Shown here in pieces: positions 20,835 through 31,246 of a DNA stretch of 64,000 nt. How positions within the stretch are numbered: the first letter of the stretch is position 1; every line of letters starts with the position of its first letter. Position numbers and translations under genes: made by a program. The DNA is from Candidatus Multivoradales bacterium (GTDB taxonomy: Bacteria; Acidobacteriota; Thermoanaerobaculia; Multivoradales; Multivoraceae), in the NCBI GenBank assembly GCA_965223325.1, contig CBDCWI010000001.1:512001-576000 (forward strand), written 5' to 3'. A model generated the notes under the pieces. The model worked only from the letters and a program-made list of their open reading frames with translations. It made no database searches and was not told the origin of the DNA.

Positions 20835-22958
20835 ATGACAGTGGCCGGGGGCACGCTTAGAAAGCACACCTTCTGTCGAGTCTGTGAACCGGCCTGCGGC
20901 CTGGTGGCGACGGTCGAAGACGGCGAGTTGGTCAAGCTGCGCCCAGACAAAGACCACCCGGTCACGCGCGGATTTGCCTGCCACAAAGGCCTCGCCGGCC
21001 TGGACATCCATCACGATCCGGACCGCGTCAACCATCCCCTGAAGCGCACCGCCAACGGCACCTTCGAGCGCATTTCGTGGGAGCAAGCGCTGGCGGAGAT
21101 CAGCGAGCGACTGCGCACCATCGTCGACACCTCGGGGCCGGAAGCGGTCACCGCCTATGTGGGCAACCCCTCGGCGTTCAACTCCCTGGCCCGGCCTGCG
21201 ATCTCGCGCTTTCTCGGCAGTCTCGGAGTGCGTGAGACCTTCACCTCCGGCACCCAGGACTGTATGAACAAGTTCGCCGGCAGCGAGGCAGTCTTCGGCT
21301 CGAGCACCATCCACCCGATCCCCGACCTCGAGCACACTGACTATCTACTCATCCTGGGAGAGAACCCGGCCGTCTCGCACATGAGCTTTTTGGGTATCGC
21401 CGATCCGATGGCGGCTCTGCGGCGCGCGAAGCGGCGCGGTGCGACGATCCGCTTCGTCGATCCTCGGCGACATGAGTCGGCGAGGCCTTCGGTTGGTGAC
21501 GTCATCCGAATCAAGCCCGACACCGACCTCTACTTTCTGGCAGCCGTCATCGGAGAGATCGATCGCACCGCGGGGTTCGACAAAGAAGCGATCGAGAAAC
21601 ACGGCGCCAACATCGACCAGCTGCGCGAGTTCATCGCCCGCTTTCCGGTCGAGCGGGCCAGCCGCATCACCGGTATCGAAGCAGACGAGATCCGGCGCGT
21701 CGCGGCAGGGTTCGCAGCCGCGCCGCGTGCGTCGGTTCACATGTCAACCGGCGTCAACATGGGGCGCCAAGGGACGCTCTGCTACTGGCTCCTCCACATG
21801 CTGAGCTTTGCAACCGGCAACCTCGACCGGCGCGGCGGCAACGTACTCTCGGAGGGTTTCTACCTGAGCGCCAAAGCCGGCCGCGCCGACGCCTCGAAGA
21901 ACCGGCGCACCACCCGCTGGGGCGAGCTGCGCAACGGTCCACTGCCGGGCAACTTGATGGCGGAGGCGATCCTCGACTCCGAACAGCCGATGCGAGCGAT
22001 GTTCGTCGTCGCCGGCAACCCGGTGCTCTCGATCGCCGGCGAGGAAGAGCTACAACGCGCCTTTCTATCGCTCGAGCTCCTGGTGTGCGTCGACATTTAT
22101 CGCAGCGCAACGGGTGAGCTGGCGGACTATGTCCTGCCCTCTACCGACATGTTCGAACGTCCTGACATCACACTCGCGGGCCTCGGCCTTCAACACCAGC
22201 CTTACGCGCAGTGGACCGATCGCGTGGTCGCACCGCGTGCGGAGCGGCGCGAAGAGTGGTGGATTTTCGAGGCCCTGGCGCAAGCGATGGGGCTGGACTC
22301 TCTCCTCGATCTTTCTGAGGAAGAGCAAGAAAGACGGCTCTGGGGCCGCTTCGAGCACATGCTCACAACCCGCGGCCAGAGCCTCGAGGCGCTCTACACC
22401 CCGCCACACTGTGTGACCTACGGTGACCACCAGCCGGGGCGCTTCTTCACCCAGCACATCCAGACCGAAACTGCGAAGGTCGACTGCTGCCCTCCGGTCT
22501 TCGAAGAGGCTCTAAAGCGCGCTCGGAACATTGCCAGAGAGCTCGAAGAGCGCCCCGAAGACGTACTCCTCCTGATCACGCGACGCGACAAGTACAGCCA
22601 CAACAGCTGGTACGCCAACCTGCCAAAGCTCCGCCCTGACAACCACAACACCACCTACCTCTACATCCACCCTGTCGATGCAAGTGAACGCGGACTCAGC
22701 GAGGGAGCGCTGGCGAAAGTCGAGAACAGCGGCGGCAAGATCACTGCGACGGTTCGCTTCGACGACGACCTGATGCGGGGCGTGGTTGCAGTGCCCCACG
22801 GTTGGGGGCACCAGAAGGCCCCCGGCATGCGCGTCGCCAGCCAGTTTCCAGGTGACAACGTGAACCGCCTGCTTCCGCGTGGCCCCGACAGCTTCGAACC
22901 TCTCTCGAGCCAGGCACACATGACCGGCATCGAGGTCGCGGTATCAGCAACAACCTAA
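20835..22958 (+). CDS. Molybdopterin (bis-MGD) oxidoreductase with N-terminal [4Fe-4S] motif
   Basis: CRVCEPAC...CHKG; ADYVLP; C-terminal molybdopterin dinucleotide-binding domain (IHPVDA...GVVAVPHGWG); no Tat signal. Confidence 0.9.
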   Translation: MTVAGGTLRKHTFCRVCEPACGLVATVEDGELVKLRPDKDHPVTRGFACHKGLAGLDIHHDPDRVNHPLKRTANGTFERISWEQALAEISERLRTIVDTSGPEAVTAYVGNPSAFNSLARPAISRFLGSLGVRETFTSGTQDCMNKFAGSEAVFGSSTIHPIPDLEHTDYLLILGENPAVSHMSFLGIADPMAALRRAKRRGATIRFVDPRRHESARPSVGDVIRIKPDTDLYFLAAVIGEIDRTAGFDKEAIEKHGANIDQLREFIARFPVERASRITGIEADEIRRVAAGFAAAPRASVHMSTGVNMGRQGTLCYWLLHMLSFATGNLDRRGGNVLSEGFYLSAKAGRADASKNRRTTRWGELRNGPLPGNLMAEAILDSEQPMRAMFVVAGNPVLSIAGEEELQRAFLSLELLVCVDIYRSATGELADYVLPSTDMFERPDITLAGLGLQHQPYAQWTDRVVAPRAERREEWWIFEALAQAMGLDSLLDLSEEEQERRLWGRFEHMLTTRGQSLEALYTPPHCVTYGDHQPGRFFTQHIQTETAKVDCCPPVFEEALKRARNIARELEERPEDVLLLITRRDKYSHNSWYANLPKLRPDNHNTTYLYIHPVDASERGLSEGALAKVENSGGKITATVRFDDDLMRGVVAVPHGWGHQKAPGMRVASQFPGDNVNRLLPRGPDSFEPLSSQAHMTGIEVAVSATT

Positions 22959-22978
22959 ACCTCCCGAGGAACAGCCGC

Positions 22979-24256
22979 ATGATGCACTCAACGACTCTTC
23001 TGATGGCTCTTCTCCTGGCCCTTCCAGGAGCAGCCGACGACAGCGCCAACCGTGACTGGCCCGAGTGGCGCGGCCCCGAACAAAACGGCGTGGCCTCCGT
23101 GGGTGAGCCGCTCCCCGCATCTCTGGCTCCGGACGCGGCGCGCTGGACGACCAACATTCCCGGCGAGAGTACGTCGACCCCGATTGTCGTGGGTAACCAG
23201 ATCATCCTGACGTCGCAACTCGGCACCGCGCCGCTCGCCCAGGCTCGCGACGGTGAACCGCGCATGGGAGACGACGAAGTCACCTTTGTGGTGCTAGCCC
23301 TCGCCCTGGAAGACGGCCGCGAGCTGTGGCGCTACTCCTTGCGCTCGGACGGGGTCCTGCCTTCGGTGCACGTCAAACACAATCTCGCCAGCCCCAGCGT
23401 GGTCTCGGACGGTGAGCGCCTGATTGCCTGGTTTGGCACCGGCCAGCTGGTCAGCTTGACGCTTTCCGGTGAGCTCGAATGGCAGCGCCACCTCGGGCGG
23501 GAGATCGGGCCATTCGAAGTGCGCTGGGCGCACGGTAGTTCACCAGCGCTCGACGCCGACCGCATCTTCCTGCTTTGCGACCACGCGCCGCAGAGCTACC
23601 TGCTGGCGGTGGACAAGACCTCGGGTGAAACCTTGTGGAAGGCCGATCGCGGAAGCGGCAAACGGTCCTATTCGACGCCGCTGGTGATTCCACGCGGCGA
23701 TAGCACCGCGGTCATCATCAACTCCAATGAGGCGATCGAAGCCTACGACCCACAAAGCGGCGAGGTGTTGTGGAAGGTCGGGCAGCCCATCCGCGTCCCG
23801 GTGTCGACCCCGGTGTGGCACGACGGCATCCTCTACAGCAGTCGCGGCTATCGCAGCGGCCCCTACCTGGCGGTGCGTACCGGCGGTTCAGGCGACGTCT
23901 CAGACAGTCACCTCCTGTGGAGAAACAAGACTGGGGCGCCGTACGTCTCGTCACTGCTCTACTACGACGGGCTGGTCTACATGGCAACCGAAACCGGAGT
24001 CGCCTCGGCGATCGACGCGGCGAACGGGGAACTGGTCTGGCGAGAGCGACTCGGCGGTGACTTCTCTGCCTCACCCTTCGCCGCAGACGGCAAGATCGTG
24101 CTCGCCAACGAAGAAGGCGAACTGTTCGTGATCAAGGCTGGGCGAGAGTACGAACTCCTCTCGAAGACCGAGTACCCCGAGCGCATCATGGCCTCACCTG
24201 TGCACGCCGGAGGCACCTATCTGATTCGCACCGACTCGAAGCTCTACGCCTTCTGA
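22979..24256 (+). CDS. PQQ-like (BamB-type) beta-propeller protein
   Basis: DWPEWRGP start; repeated G-x-x-x-W blades with SSP/STP motifs; signal peptide. Confidence 0.85.
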   Translation: MMHSTTLLMALLLALPGAADDSANRDWPEWRGPEQNGVASVGEPLPASLAPDAARWTTNIPGESTSTPIVVGNQIILTSQLGTAPLAQARDGEPRMGDDEVTFVVLALALEDGRELWRYSLRSDGVLPSVHVKHNLASPSVVSDGERLIAWFGTGQLVSLTLSGELEWQRHLGREIGPFEVRWAHGSSPALDADRIFLLCDHAPQSYLLAVDKTSGETLWKADRGSGKRSYSTPLVIPRGDSTAVIINSNEAIEAYDPQSGEVLWKVGQPIRVPVSTPVWHDGILYSSRGYRSGPYLAVRTGGSGDVSDSHLLWRNKTGAPYVSSLLYYDGLVYMATETGVASAIDAANGELVWRERLGGDFSASPFAADGKIVLANEEGELFVIKAGREYELLSKTEYPERIMASPVHAGGTYLIRTDSKLYAF

Positions 24257-25200
24257 GCGCGGGCTCGAACGACGCGGTCAGACCAGCCCACCGAAAACGC
24301 TGTTGCGGGGTCGACGACCACCTCGGTGAGCGGCCCCCAGCCGCGGCGCATGATCGATCCGGCAGTCTCCCGAGCGATGCCGGCGCTGGCCGCCGCTACG
24401 TGCGCTCTTCGGACGAGGACGTTCTCGAGCCGTGTCTCCTCGCCTTCGAAGTAGAGGTCGCGGGCGCCGAAAAGGTGCAGGATTTCGTGGGCAACGACCT
24501 GCGCCTCACTGTTCTCGGCGCAGACACAGTATTCGCGCGCGCCGTTGTGCCGCGCCTGGCGGGCATAAGAGCGGTGCTCGACATGGCTGAGGACCACCAG
24601 GAAGAACTCGCGACCCGGCCGAGCACTCCAGATGGGGAGCCGCATCAGCTTCTCATCGAGCAGCCTCAACTGTCGGGGCGAGGGCAGGTCGTCGGCGCGC
24701 CGGGCCTGTAGTTTGCGAAAGGGAACAACGAGCGGTTCACCGGCCGACTGAAAGCGCAGCTGCCGTCCATAGCGCTCGGCTTCCCGAGTGAGGTAGCCAA
24801 GCCCCTCGGCCAGCCGCTCCAGCTTCTCGGTTTCGTCGGCCACACATCTGTTGCGGCCGACCAAGAAGACGACACGGTAGTCGATCTCGCCGACCAACCG
24901 TCCGGCGGTCCCGACGTCGCGGCGGGCGCCGAAGAACGCGTCGAGATAGCTCTGTTGCATCCAGCGATAGGTGAGCCAGCCCCAGGCGGGGAGGCTCACC
25001 ACGAGCGCTGCGAGAGCCACCGGCCACCCCACGGAGACAGCGAGAGCGAGACTCGCCACCACGAAAGCGACGAGCTGTCGACGTACCCGGCGCTGCCGGC
25101 GCCCCTGGCCCGCGGCGCCGAAGACCTCGAGCTCGCTCGCCTGCAGCTCGCGGTGGACACGATCAAAGGGCGACTCTGACTTTGGGTGAGAGGTCGTCAT
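24244..25200 (-). CDS. Membrane-anchored zinc metallopeptidase-like protein
   Basis: Two N-terminal TMs; VAHEILHLFGARDLY (HExxH) and a downstream SIM Met-turn. Confidence 0.65.
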   Translation of the reverse strand: MTTSHPKSESPFDRVHRELQASELEVFGAAGQGRRQRRVRRQLVAFVVASLALAVSVGWPVALAALVVSLPAWGWLTYRWMQQSYLDAFFGARRDVGTAGRLVGEIDYRVVFLVGRNRCVADETEKLERLAEGLGYLTREAERYGRQLRFQSAGEPLVVPFRKLQARRADDLPSPRQLRLLDEKLMRLPIWSARPGREFFLVVLSHVEHRSYARQARHNGAREYCVCAENSEAQVVAHEILHLFGARDLYFEGEETRLENVLVRRAHVAAASAGIARETAGSIMRRGWGPLTEVVVDPATAFSVGWSDRVVRARAQKA

Positions 25201-25404
25201 CGGCTGGTGTACGGGCCGGAAAAGAGGGCCATTCGGATCGGGAGAGACTAGAAAAAAAGGTTTTTGGGGCTACTGAGCCCGAAAAGGAGGCGAGCTGTAA
25301 CAAACCGTCTCCATCTCGGAAGGAGTTTCTACGCGCGCCGATTCTCCGCAACAGCGCGGCGTTCGGAGCCCTTCACCCGCCGAAGTTTCCTGGAGCCACT
25401 TCTC

Positions 25405-27021
25405 ATGTTCTCGATTCAAAACCCCGGCCTTTCTTCGATCACACGAGTCGGCATCACATGCCTTCTTTCGGTCCCGTTCGCTTTCTTGATCGCGTCGCCA
25501 GCAACGGCCCACGAGAACTCGAGCACCTCGCGTCAGGCACACCTGGACGGCCTGGTCGACTTTCGCGTCGTCCATGCCGGTAAGGGCTCCGGCTCGATCA
25601 CCGAGACCCGCAACGGCTCCACCGAAAGGACCAACGACCGTCCCTTCACGTCGCCGCACAGCAACATCTCGGGCGCGACCAGCACCGGCTCAGTGGTCAG
25701 CGACCTGGCCTTCGCCGTCGGTCGCCGTCACATCGTGCAGGGCGTCACCAGTGCCGGCGGCACAGCGCCTACGTTCCGTATCTACTCGAAGGAGAACAAG
25801 ACGTTGATCGCGGTCCTCGAGATGGACGATCTGGCGATTTCGAACGCCTGCCTCCAGGACTCTGCTGGCACACCCCTGGCGGCCTACGACCACCTTCGCG
25901 ATCGCTTCGTACTGGCCACGATGGCGCGTGGCTTCAAGATCTGCCTGTTCGCGGCAGAGGACGCCAGCCCGGTCACCACGCGCTGGTTCAACTACACCCT
26001 CGAGACGGAAGCAGAAGATTTCACCCTGCCCCGCATGACGGTGTGGGACAACGCGGTGGTGATCAGTACCGGCACGCCCGACCCGACGGTCTACATCCTC
26101 GAAACAGCCCAGGCAATCCGTGGCGAGCCCATGTCGTGGTTCGACTTGAGCTGGCCCGACGTGCCGGGAATGGCAGGCACCTGGGGCGCGCTGTTCACCG
26201 TTTCGAACCTCACCGGCGACACGGCCGATGGTCGCAACATGACTCTCGTGCGCATCATCGACGAAGAGCTCACGCCCCACGACAGGCACGAAAACTATGA
26301 CCTGCTCGAGGTCGTCGACGTGCGCGCCAACTGGCACGACGGAAGCGTCAGCTACTCGAACCCCTACCGCATCAAGACCTACGAGTTCCGCTCGAAGCTC
26401 TGCGACGCCAACGGGCAGTGCGTTCTCCAACCACACGGCGAGCCGCTGTATGCCAACGAGCGCGTCCTCTCGGAGCTTTCCTACCGCCGCTTCAGCCATC
26501 ACGAGAGTCTTGTAGGTTCGTTCACCGTCGACTGGAGTGCTGGCTACGATCTACCCGGCATTCGTTTCTTCGAGTTGCGTCGCGAATCCCCCACGGCAGA
26601 CTGGGAGCTACACTTCGAGGGTATCCACAACAGCCAGGAGAAGGACCGCTTTCTATCGTCGATCGCCTTGGACCAGTACGGCAACCTGGCGATGGCCTAC
26701 GTCGAGAGCGGCCTCCAGTCGTATCCGAGCCTGGCGTACGCCGGCTGGCAAAAATCGTCCCAGCTGGGTTATGCCTTCGTAGGCAACCGCACGATCGGAG
26801 CCGGCGGCCAACCATCGCCTACGCCCTGGTTCGGGCGCTTCACCCACCTCGAGGTCGACCCGATCGACCAGTGCCTCTTCTGGGTGACCGGCCAGTACCA
26901 GAAGAACCAGAACTGGGCGACACGCATCGCTTCGTTCAAGCACCCGCAGTGCAAGCGCGAGATCTTCGCCAGCGACTTCGAGAGCGGCATCGCGGGCTGG
27001 TCGGGGGGTATGGGCCGCTAG
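25405..27021 (+). CDS. Secreted hypothetical protein (probable beta-propeller) with C-terminal SDFE motif
   Basis: Signal peptide; AYDHLRDRFVL, IRFFELRR, SIALDQYGNLAMAY and VDPIDQCLFW; ends IFASDFESGIAGWSGGMGR. Confidence 0.7.
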   Translation: MFSIQNPGLSSITRVGITCLLSVPFAFLIASPATAHENSSTSRQAHLDGLVDFRVVHAGKGSGSITETRNGSTERTNDRPFTSPHSNISGATSTGSVVSDLAFAVGRRHIVQGVTSAGGTAPTFRIYSKENKTLIAVLEMDDLAISNACLQDSAGTPLAAYDHLRDRFVLATMARGFKICLFAAEDASPVTTRWFNYTLETEAEDFTLPRMTVWDNAVVISTGTPDPTVYILETAQAIRGEPMSWFDLSWPDVPGMAGTWGALFTVSNLTGDTADGRNMTLVRIIDEELTPHDRHENYDLLEVVDVRANWHDGSVSYSNPYRIKTYEFRSKLCDANGQCVLQPHGEPLYANERVLSELSYRRFSHHESLVGSFTVDWSAGYDLPGIRFFELRRESPTADWELHFEGIHNSQEKDRFLSSIALDQYGNLAMAYVESGLQSYPSLAYAGWQKSSQLGYAFVGNRTIGAGGQPSPTPWFGRFTHLEVDPIDQCLFWVTGQYQKNQNWATRIASFKHPQCKREIFASDFESGIAGWSGGMGR

Positions 27022-27183
27022 TACCCCGTACCATTGAAACGGATGGTGGCTGAGCGGATGATCGTGCTCGAGATCAAGGCGTCACGACGCAGGCATATTG
27101 GTGATCTGTCGAGGAGTGACAACACAGAGATCGAGCGCGAGGACCGCGCAGACGCTGTGCGTTTCAATGGTACGGGGTACTAG
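27018..27183. mobile_element. MITE-like element with perfect terminal inverted repeats and CTAG ends
   Basis: 27018-27041 CTAGTACCCCGTACCATTGAAACG is the exact reverse complement of 27160-27183 CGTTTCAATGGTACGGGGTACTAG; the interior is non-coding. Confidence 0.8.
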
Positions 27184-27220
27184 GAGCGCGCGCCTTTCTC
27201 AGGGTTTGTCAGGCCGCGTT

Positions 27221-27246
27221 GCAACCAACGGCAGCGTCGCCTCGTC
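27221..27246 (+). promoter_or_regulatory. Putative ECF sigma factor promoter
   Basis: GCAACC-N16-CGTC matches the generic ECF AAC (-35) / CGT (-10) pattern; upstream of the genes leading into an ECF operon. Confidence 0.4.
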
Positions 27247-27268
27247 ATGACAGAGAGAGGTACCGCCC

Positions 27269-28972
27269 CTGGAAACCACGAGAACCACACTCCGCCCGAC
27301 GCTCGAGCTCTACGGCAAGCGGCTGCAAACGCCCGGCGCGCGATTCTGGATCTTGTGTGCTACCGCGCTGGTCGTGGTGATGGCAACCGCTGAGGCGGCG
27401 GCGTGGGGTCTACGTCGCCTCCTTCCTTGCCCAGGACCAGGCCACCCGGGTGGTGGCCGCGCTCACCGTCGCCCTGTCGGTCTTCGCCGTCATCTGGATT
27501 CTCGACGCCACCTTCCTGACCCTCGACACCAAGCGAGCACACTACGACGAAGCTCTGCGACCGGAGGCCCCCGCGAACGCGACCTTCGAGCGAGCTCGCT
27601 TCTGGGCCGGCCTCCTGGGCCGACTGGGCCTGGTCCTCGGCTCGCTCTACCTCTCGGCGCCGTTCGTCGCGCAGTGGTCTTCCGGACTGACGTGGATTCT
27701 CGGATCGCGGCTCAGAACTCCGAGCAGATCGCTACACAGCGAACGGTTCTGGCGCAGGGTTTCGAATCAGAGATCGAGGCGATCAAGGCGCTCAGCCGCG
27801 ACGTCGAGCGCCAGCGCATTGCCGAGGCCGCCGGCCTGGGACCCTCCGGGCGTTATGGGCGCGGGCCGGCCGTCCGAACGATCGAACTGCGCCTCGAAGA
27901 ACTCCGCCAGGAGACCGAAGAACGCCGGAGAGCCCGCGAACAGGCCCTCGCCGAGTACGACCGACTCACTCCTCGAGAGGCGGATCAGCGCTACGGCCTG
28001 GGCCTCTCGGGAAACGGACTGAGGGCCCGCGGTGTCGTCCTCGACGAGATTCTCGAGGAGGACTCCCACCGCCACGCCGAAACAGCCATTCGCGCCTTCC
28101 TGGCCTTCCTGTTCCTCGCTCTCGTCATCCTGAAGCTCTTTCAGCCTCGGAGCGTCGAGATCTACTTCAGCGAACAGCTGCAGAGCCTCTACGATCGCTA
28201 TCTCGCCGGCGCCTTCGATGGGTTGCTTCCCGATCTCGAGCGCTCGAGCGGCCCTCTTCCAATGGACGCACTTTGTTTCGAGGCATGGTGCCTCAGCACC
28301 TACGGCACTCAACGCATCGACGAGAGCGAGCAGCATTCCCGAGCCAGGAGGGCCGCACGGCACGAGGAGCGGATCGCGTCACTGCGCCGGGTCGCCCAGG
28401 ACACAAGCAACGAGCTCGAGCCGCTCAGACAGCGACGCAGAAAGCGCAACACCAGAATCGGCGAGCTCGGCGTCGAGCTCGAACGCCTCACTCGCGAGGT
28501 CGAAGAAGGCCACCGGAGGCTCGAGCGGCAGTGTCGGCGACTTGCCGCGATCGAAGACACGCTTCGAAACGGCGAACTCAACGACAACGCCTTCCAGTCC
28601 GCCGCCCGCATCCGCCAGGAGATCGTGGAAGCCAGCGACGAGCTCGCCAGGAGCCTACGCAGTCTGCAATCCGAAGAGGCCCGCCTGGCGCGTGAACGGG
28701 AGAGTCTGATCTCGCAACAGAGCGACCTCGAGCAGGAGCTTGCCGGAGGCCAGAGCCTGCTCCATGAGATCGAGTCGAGAATCCGAAGCGCCCGCCAGGA
28801 CTGGATCGATCGGGAAGCCCCCGAGCTCGCGGGAGCGCGAGAGCCGAATGCCAGTGACGGCGCTCGCGGTCTGGCCCAGAACGGCCCGATCGGCCCGGTG
28901 GCGTTGGAGCGAGATTCTCGACTTTCCATGCAACCGAGACCACGGCAGACTGGTATGGACCACAGAGAGTGA
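27269..28972 (+). pseudogene. DUF4407-like membrane/coiled-coil protein with two compensating frameshifts
   Basis: Sensible TM sequence leaves the main frame near 27409, continues in the frame of ORF 27450..28022, and returns near 27676. Long C-terminal coiled coil. CTG start is tentative. Confidence 0.55.
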
Positions 28973-29032
28973 TCGCCGCTTGCCGAAAGAACCGCCTTCT
29001 CGGGCCTTCTCGAAACGACCACATCCGCACCG

Positions 29033-29704
29033 ATGACCGCTGACAACACCCTGGCGCTACCCATCCTCAATGGCCTGGCCAAACTGGCCCTAAGGTCGTC
29101 CGGCCCCGCGGCATCGATCTATGCGCTGGCGGACGAAGACCTCATGCAACGCGTCGCCACCGGAGATCAAGACGCTTTTGCCGTTCTCTATCACCGCTTC
29201 GAGCGCCCAGTGTTCAGTCTCATCTTGCGCATGACCCGCAATCGCGCGGTCGCCGAAGAACTCCTCCAGGAAGCCTTCACGCGCGTGTGGTTGGGCGCCG
29301 ACAGCCACGACCCTGCGCGAGGTGCGACAAGATCTTGGATCTTCGCGATTGCGCTCAACACGACGCGCACCGAGCTCGGTCGCAAGCGCTACAGAACCCG
29401 ACACGTTGCAATAGACGATCTGACGCAGGATCTCGAGGGCGAAGGCGCATCGGAGCTCGGACGCCGTGTCGAGGATGCCGAGCACGAACAGCTGGTTGCC
29501 GATGCGCTTCGTACGCTGCCCGACTTCATGCAGGAGGTCGTGATCCTGCGTTGCAGCCGTGAAATGACTTTCGATGAGATCTCGCAGCTGACCAGAACCC
29601 CGACCGGCACCCTCAAATCGAGGTTTCATCGCGCGGTCAAAGCGATCCGCCTCGCCATCGAGGAACGGCAAAGGCCTCAATCTGGCGGGCGGGGGTGGTC
29701 ATGA
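29033..29704 (+). CDS. ECF sigma-70 factor
   Basis: Region 2 AEELLQEAFTRVW...SWIFAIALN; region 4 TFDEISQLTRTPTGTLKSRFHRA. Confidence 0.92.
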   Translation: MTADNTLALPILNGLAKLALRSSGPAASIYALADEDLMQRVATGDQDAFAVLYHRFERPVFSLILRMTRNRAVAEELLQEAFTRVWLGADSHDPARGATRSWIFAIALNTTRTELGRKRYRTRHVAIDDLTQDLEGEGASELGRRVEDAEHEQLVADALRTLPDFMQEVVILRCSREMTFDEISQLTRTPTGTLKSRFHRAVKAIRLAIEERQRPQSGGRGWS

Positions 29705-30147
29705 ACGCCGGCAGGCTCTCCTGCCGACACGATGTGTCTGAGCAAGCGCTGTTCGAGATTCACTTCGGCGAAGCGCCCGACCCGGACTCAGGCCAGCTGC
29801 TCTCCCATGTCGATGAGTGCGCCGCCTGCGCGGCCTTTCTCGCCGAACTTCAGTGCCTGGAACTTGCCGTCGGATACGGCCTGGACGAGACTCCTCCGGC
29901 GCTCGGCATGGAGCGCGTGCTCGCCCGGGTCGATGAGCTCGATCTCGGCCGAGCCCACAGGGCCGCATCGAACCAGCCCTACCCGCTACGATCGCTACTG
30001 CCCAGCCTGGCCGTCATAGCCCTCGGCGCCGTCGCCGCCTACAAAGGGGGCCTTCTTGGCGCCGTTTCCTTCTTCCTCGCTGGCACGCTCATCACTCTCG
30101 CGATTGCCCCGGTTCTCATCCTCGACTCACAGCGGAGAGCGTCATGA
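29701..30147 (+). CDS. Zinc-binding anti-sigma factor (ZAS) with C-terminal TM helices
   Basis: HVDECAAC (HxxxCxxC); ATGA overlap with the sigma gene. Confidence 0.75.
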   Translation: MNAGRLSCRHDVSEQALFEIHFGEAPDPDSGQLLSHVDECAACAAFLAELQCLELAVGYGLDETPPALGMERVLARVDELDLGRAHRAASNQPYPLRSLLPSLAVIALGAVAAYKGGLLGAVSFFLAGTLITLAIAPVLILDSQRRAS

Positions 30148-31229
30148 GCAGAAAGAAGCAACTGATTGCAAAACTGGCCCGCTTCATCGGAGGCGCAGCC
30201 CTCCTGGCGCTCGCCGCCGCTCTCCTGGGTCTGGTCCTCGAGCAGGTCGAACGCGCCCGCTGGTTGGACAGAAGGCAAGACCATCGTGCGCAGATCTTCG
30301 AGCAATCACAGGCGTATCTCACCGAACTCGCCACCACCATCGACTCCGTTCCCATCGATCCAAGGTTTGCAAGTGAAGTCGAGGCGCGGTACTTCGAGGA
30401 GTTCGACAACGGTCCGATGGCCGTCTGGGCGATGGCCACCGATGGAACATTTCTCTTCGGCGTTCCGCGTGAGACCTTCAGCCGAATGAACGCGATCTAC
30501 GACCGAGAAATCACCCCGCGCCTCGAGGACGGCGTCTTCTTCGATCGCCAGACGTTCTTTCTCGGCCACCTCGAAGGCGGCCAGGCGTCTCTGGCACCCG
30601 GAGAGTTGAGCACGCTCGTCATCGAGCAGGCCGAAGCAGACGGGAATGGCCACGAACAGTTCGAGTTCCTCCGTCAACTGAACGACTCCCGCCACCACTC
30701 GGAAGGCAGCTTCGTCCTTTCAGCTCCGGTAAGCGACTCCGCCGGCGAAGCGCTCGGAAGCTTGTATCTCAAGCGCTCGGTCGATTCCGAATACTTCCAT
30801 CCGAGCACCGTCACTGCCCTTCCGCAGGCCGCGGCGGGCCTTCTAGGTGGCTTGTCACTCCTCTTCCTCTGGATCTTGCTTCCCAGCTGGGTCTACGTCG
30901 ATGCGCGCGAGCGCGAGCTGCCGCGCGCCACGCTGTTCGCTGTACTGACCGCGCTTTCCTCGCTGATCGGCTTGCTCGTCTATTTGATCGTGCGCCCCGA
31001 GCGTATGGTCGAGGTCCAGTGCCCCCGCTGCGAGACCGAGGTGAGCGACGCCTCCTTTTGTCCCCATTGTGGGCAGGACCTGTCGACCTCAGCCTGTCGG
31101 AACTGCCGCCATCCACTCGAGCAGGGTTGGTCGTATTGTCCTTCGTGCCGGACGGCCATCGCCGCCGCGGTCGAGGTCGAGGAAGCACCAGCGCAGACGC
31201 CGGCCGAGGGGCTGCCCGAACCCGGCTAA
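30144..31229 (+). CDS. Membrane protein with periplasmic domain and C-terminal double zinc ribbon
   Basis: TM-periplasmic-TM layout; WVYVDARER...GLLVYLIVRP; four CxxC pairs (CPRC, CPHC, CRNC, CPSC). Confidence 0.8.
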   Translation: MSRKKQLIAKLARFIGGAALLALAAALLGLVLEQVERARWLDRRQDHRAQIFEQSQAYLTELATTIDSVPIDPRFASEVEARYFEEFDNGPMAVWAMATDGTFLFGVPRETFSRMNAIYDREITPRLEDGVFFDRQTFFLGHLEGGQASLAPGELSTLVIEQAEADGNGHEQFEFLRQLNDSRHHSEGSFVLSAPVSDSAGEALGSLYLKRSVDSEYFHPSTVTALPQAAAGLLGGLSLLFLWILLPSWVYVDARERELPRATLFAVLTALSSLIGLLVYLIVRPERMVEVQCPRCETEVSDASFCPHCGQDLSTSACRNCRHPLEQGWSYCPSCRTAIAAAVEVEEAPAQTPAEGLPEPG

Positions 31230-31246
31230 GGGCACGCCTGTCGACT

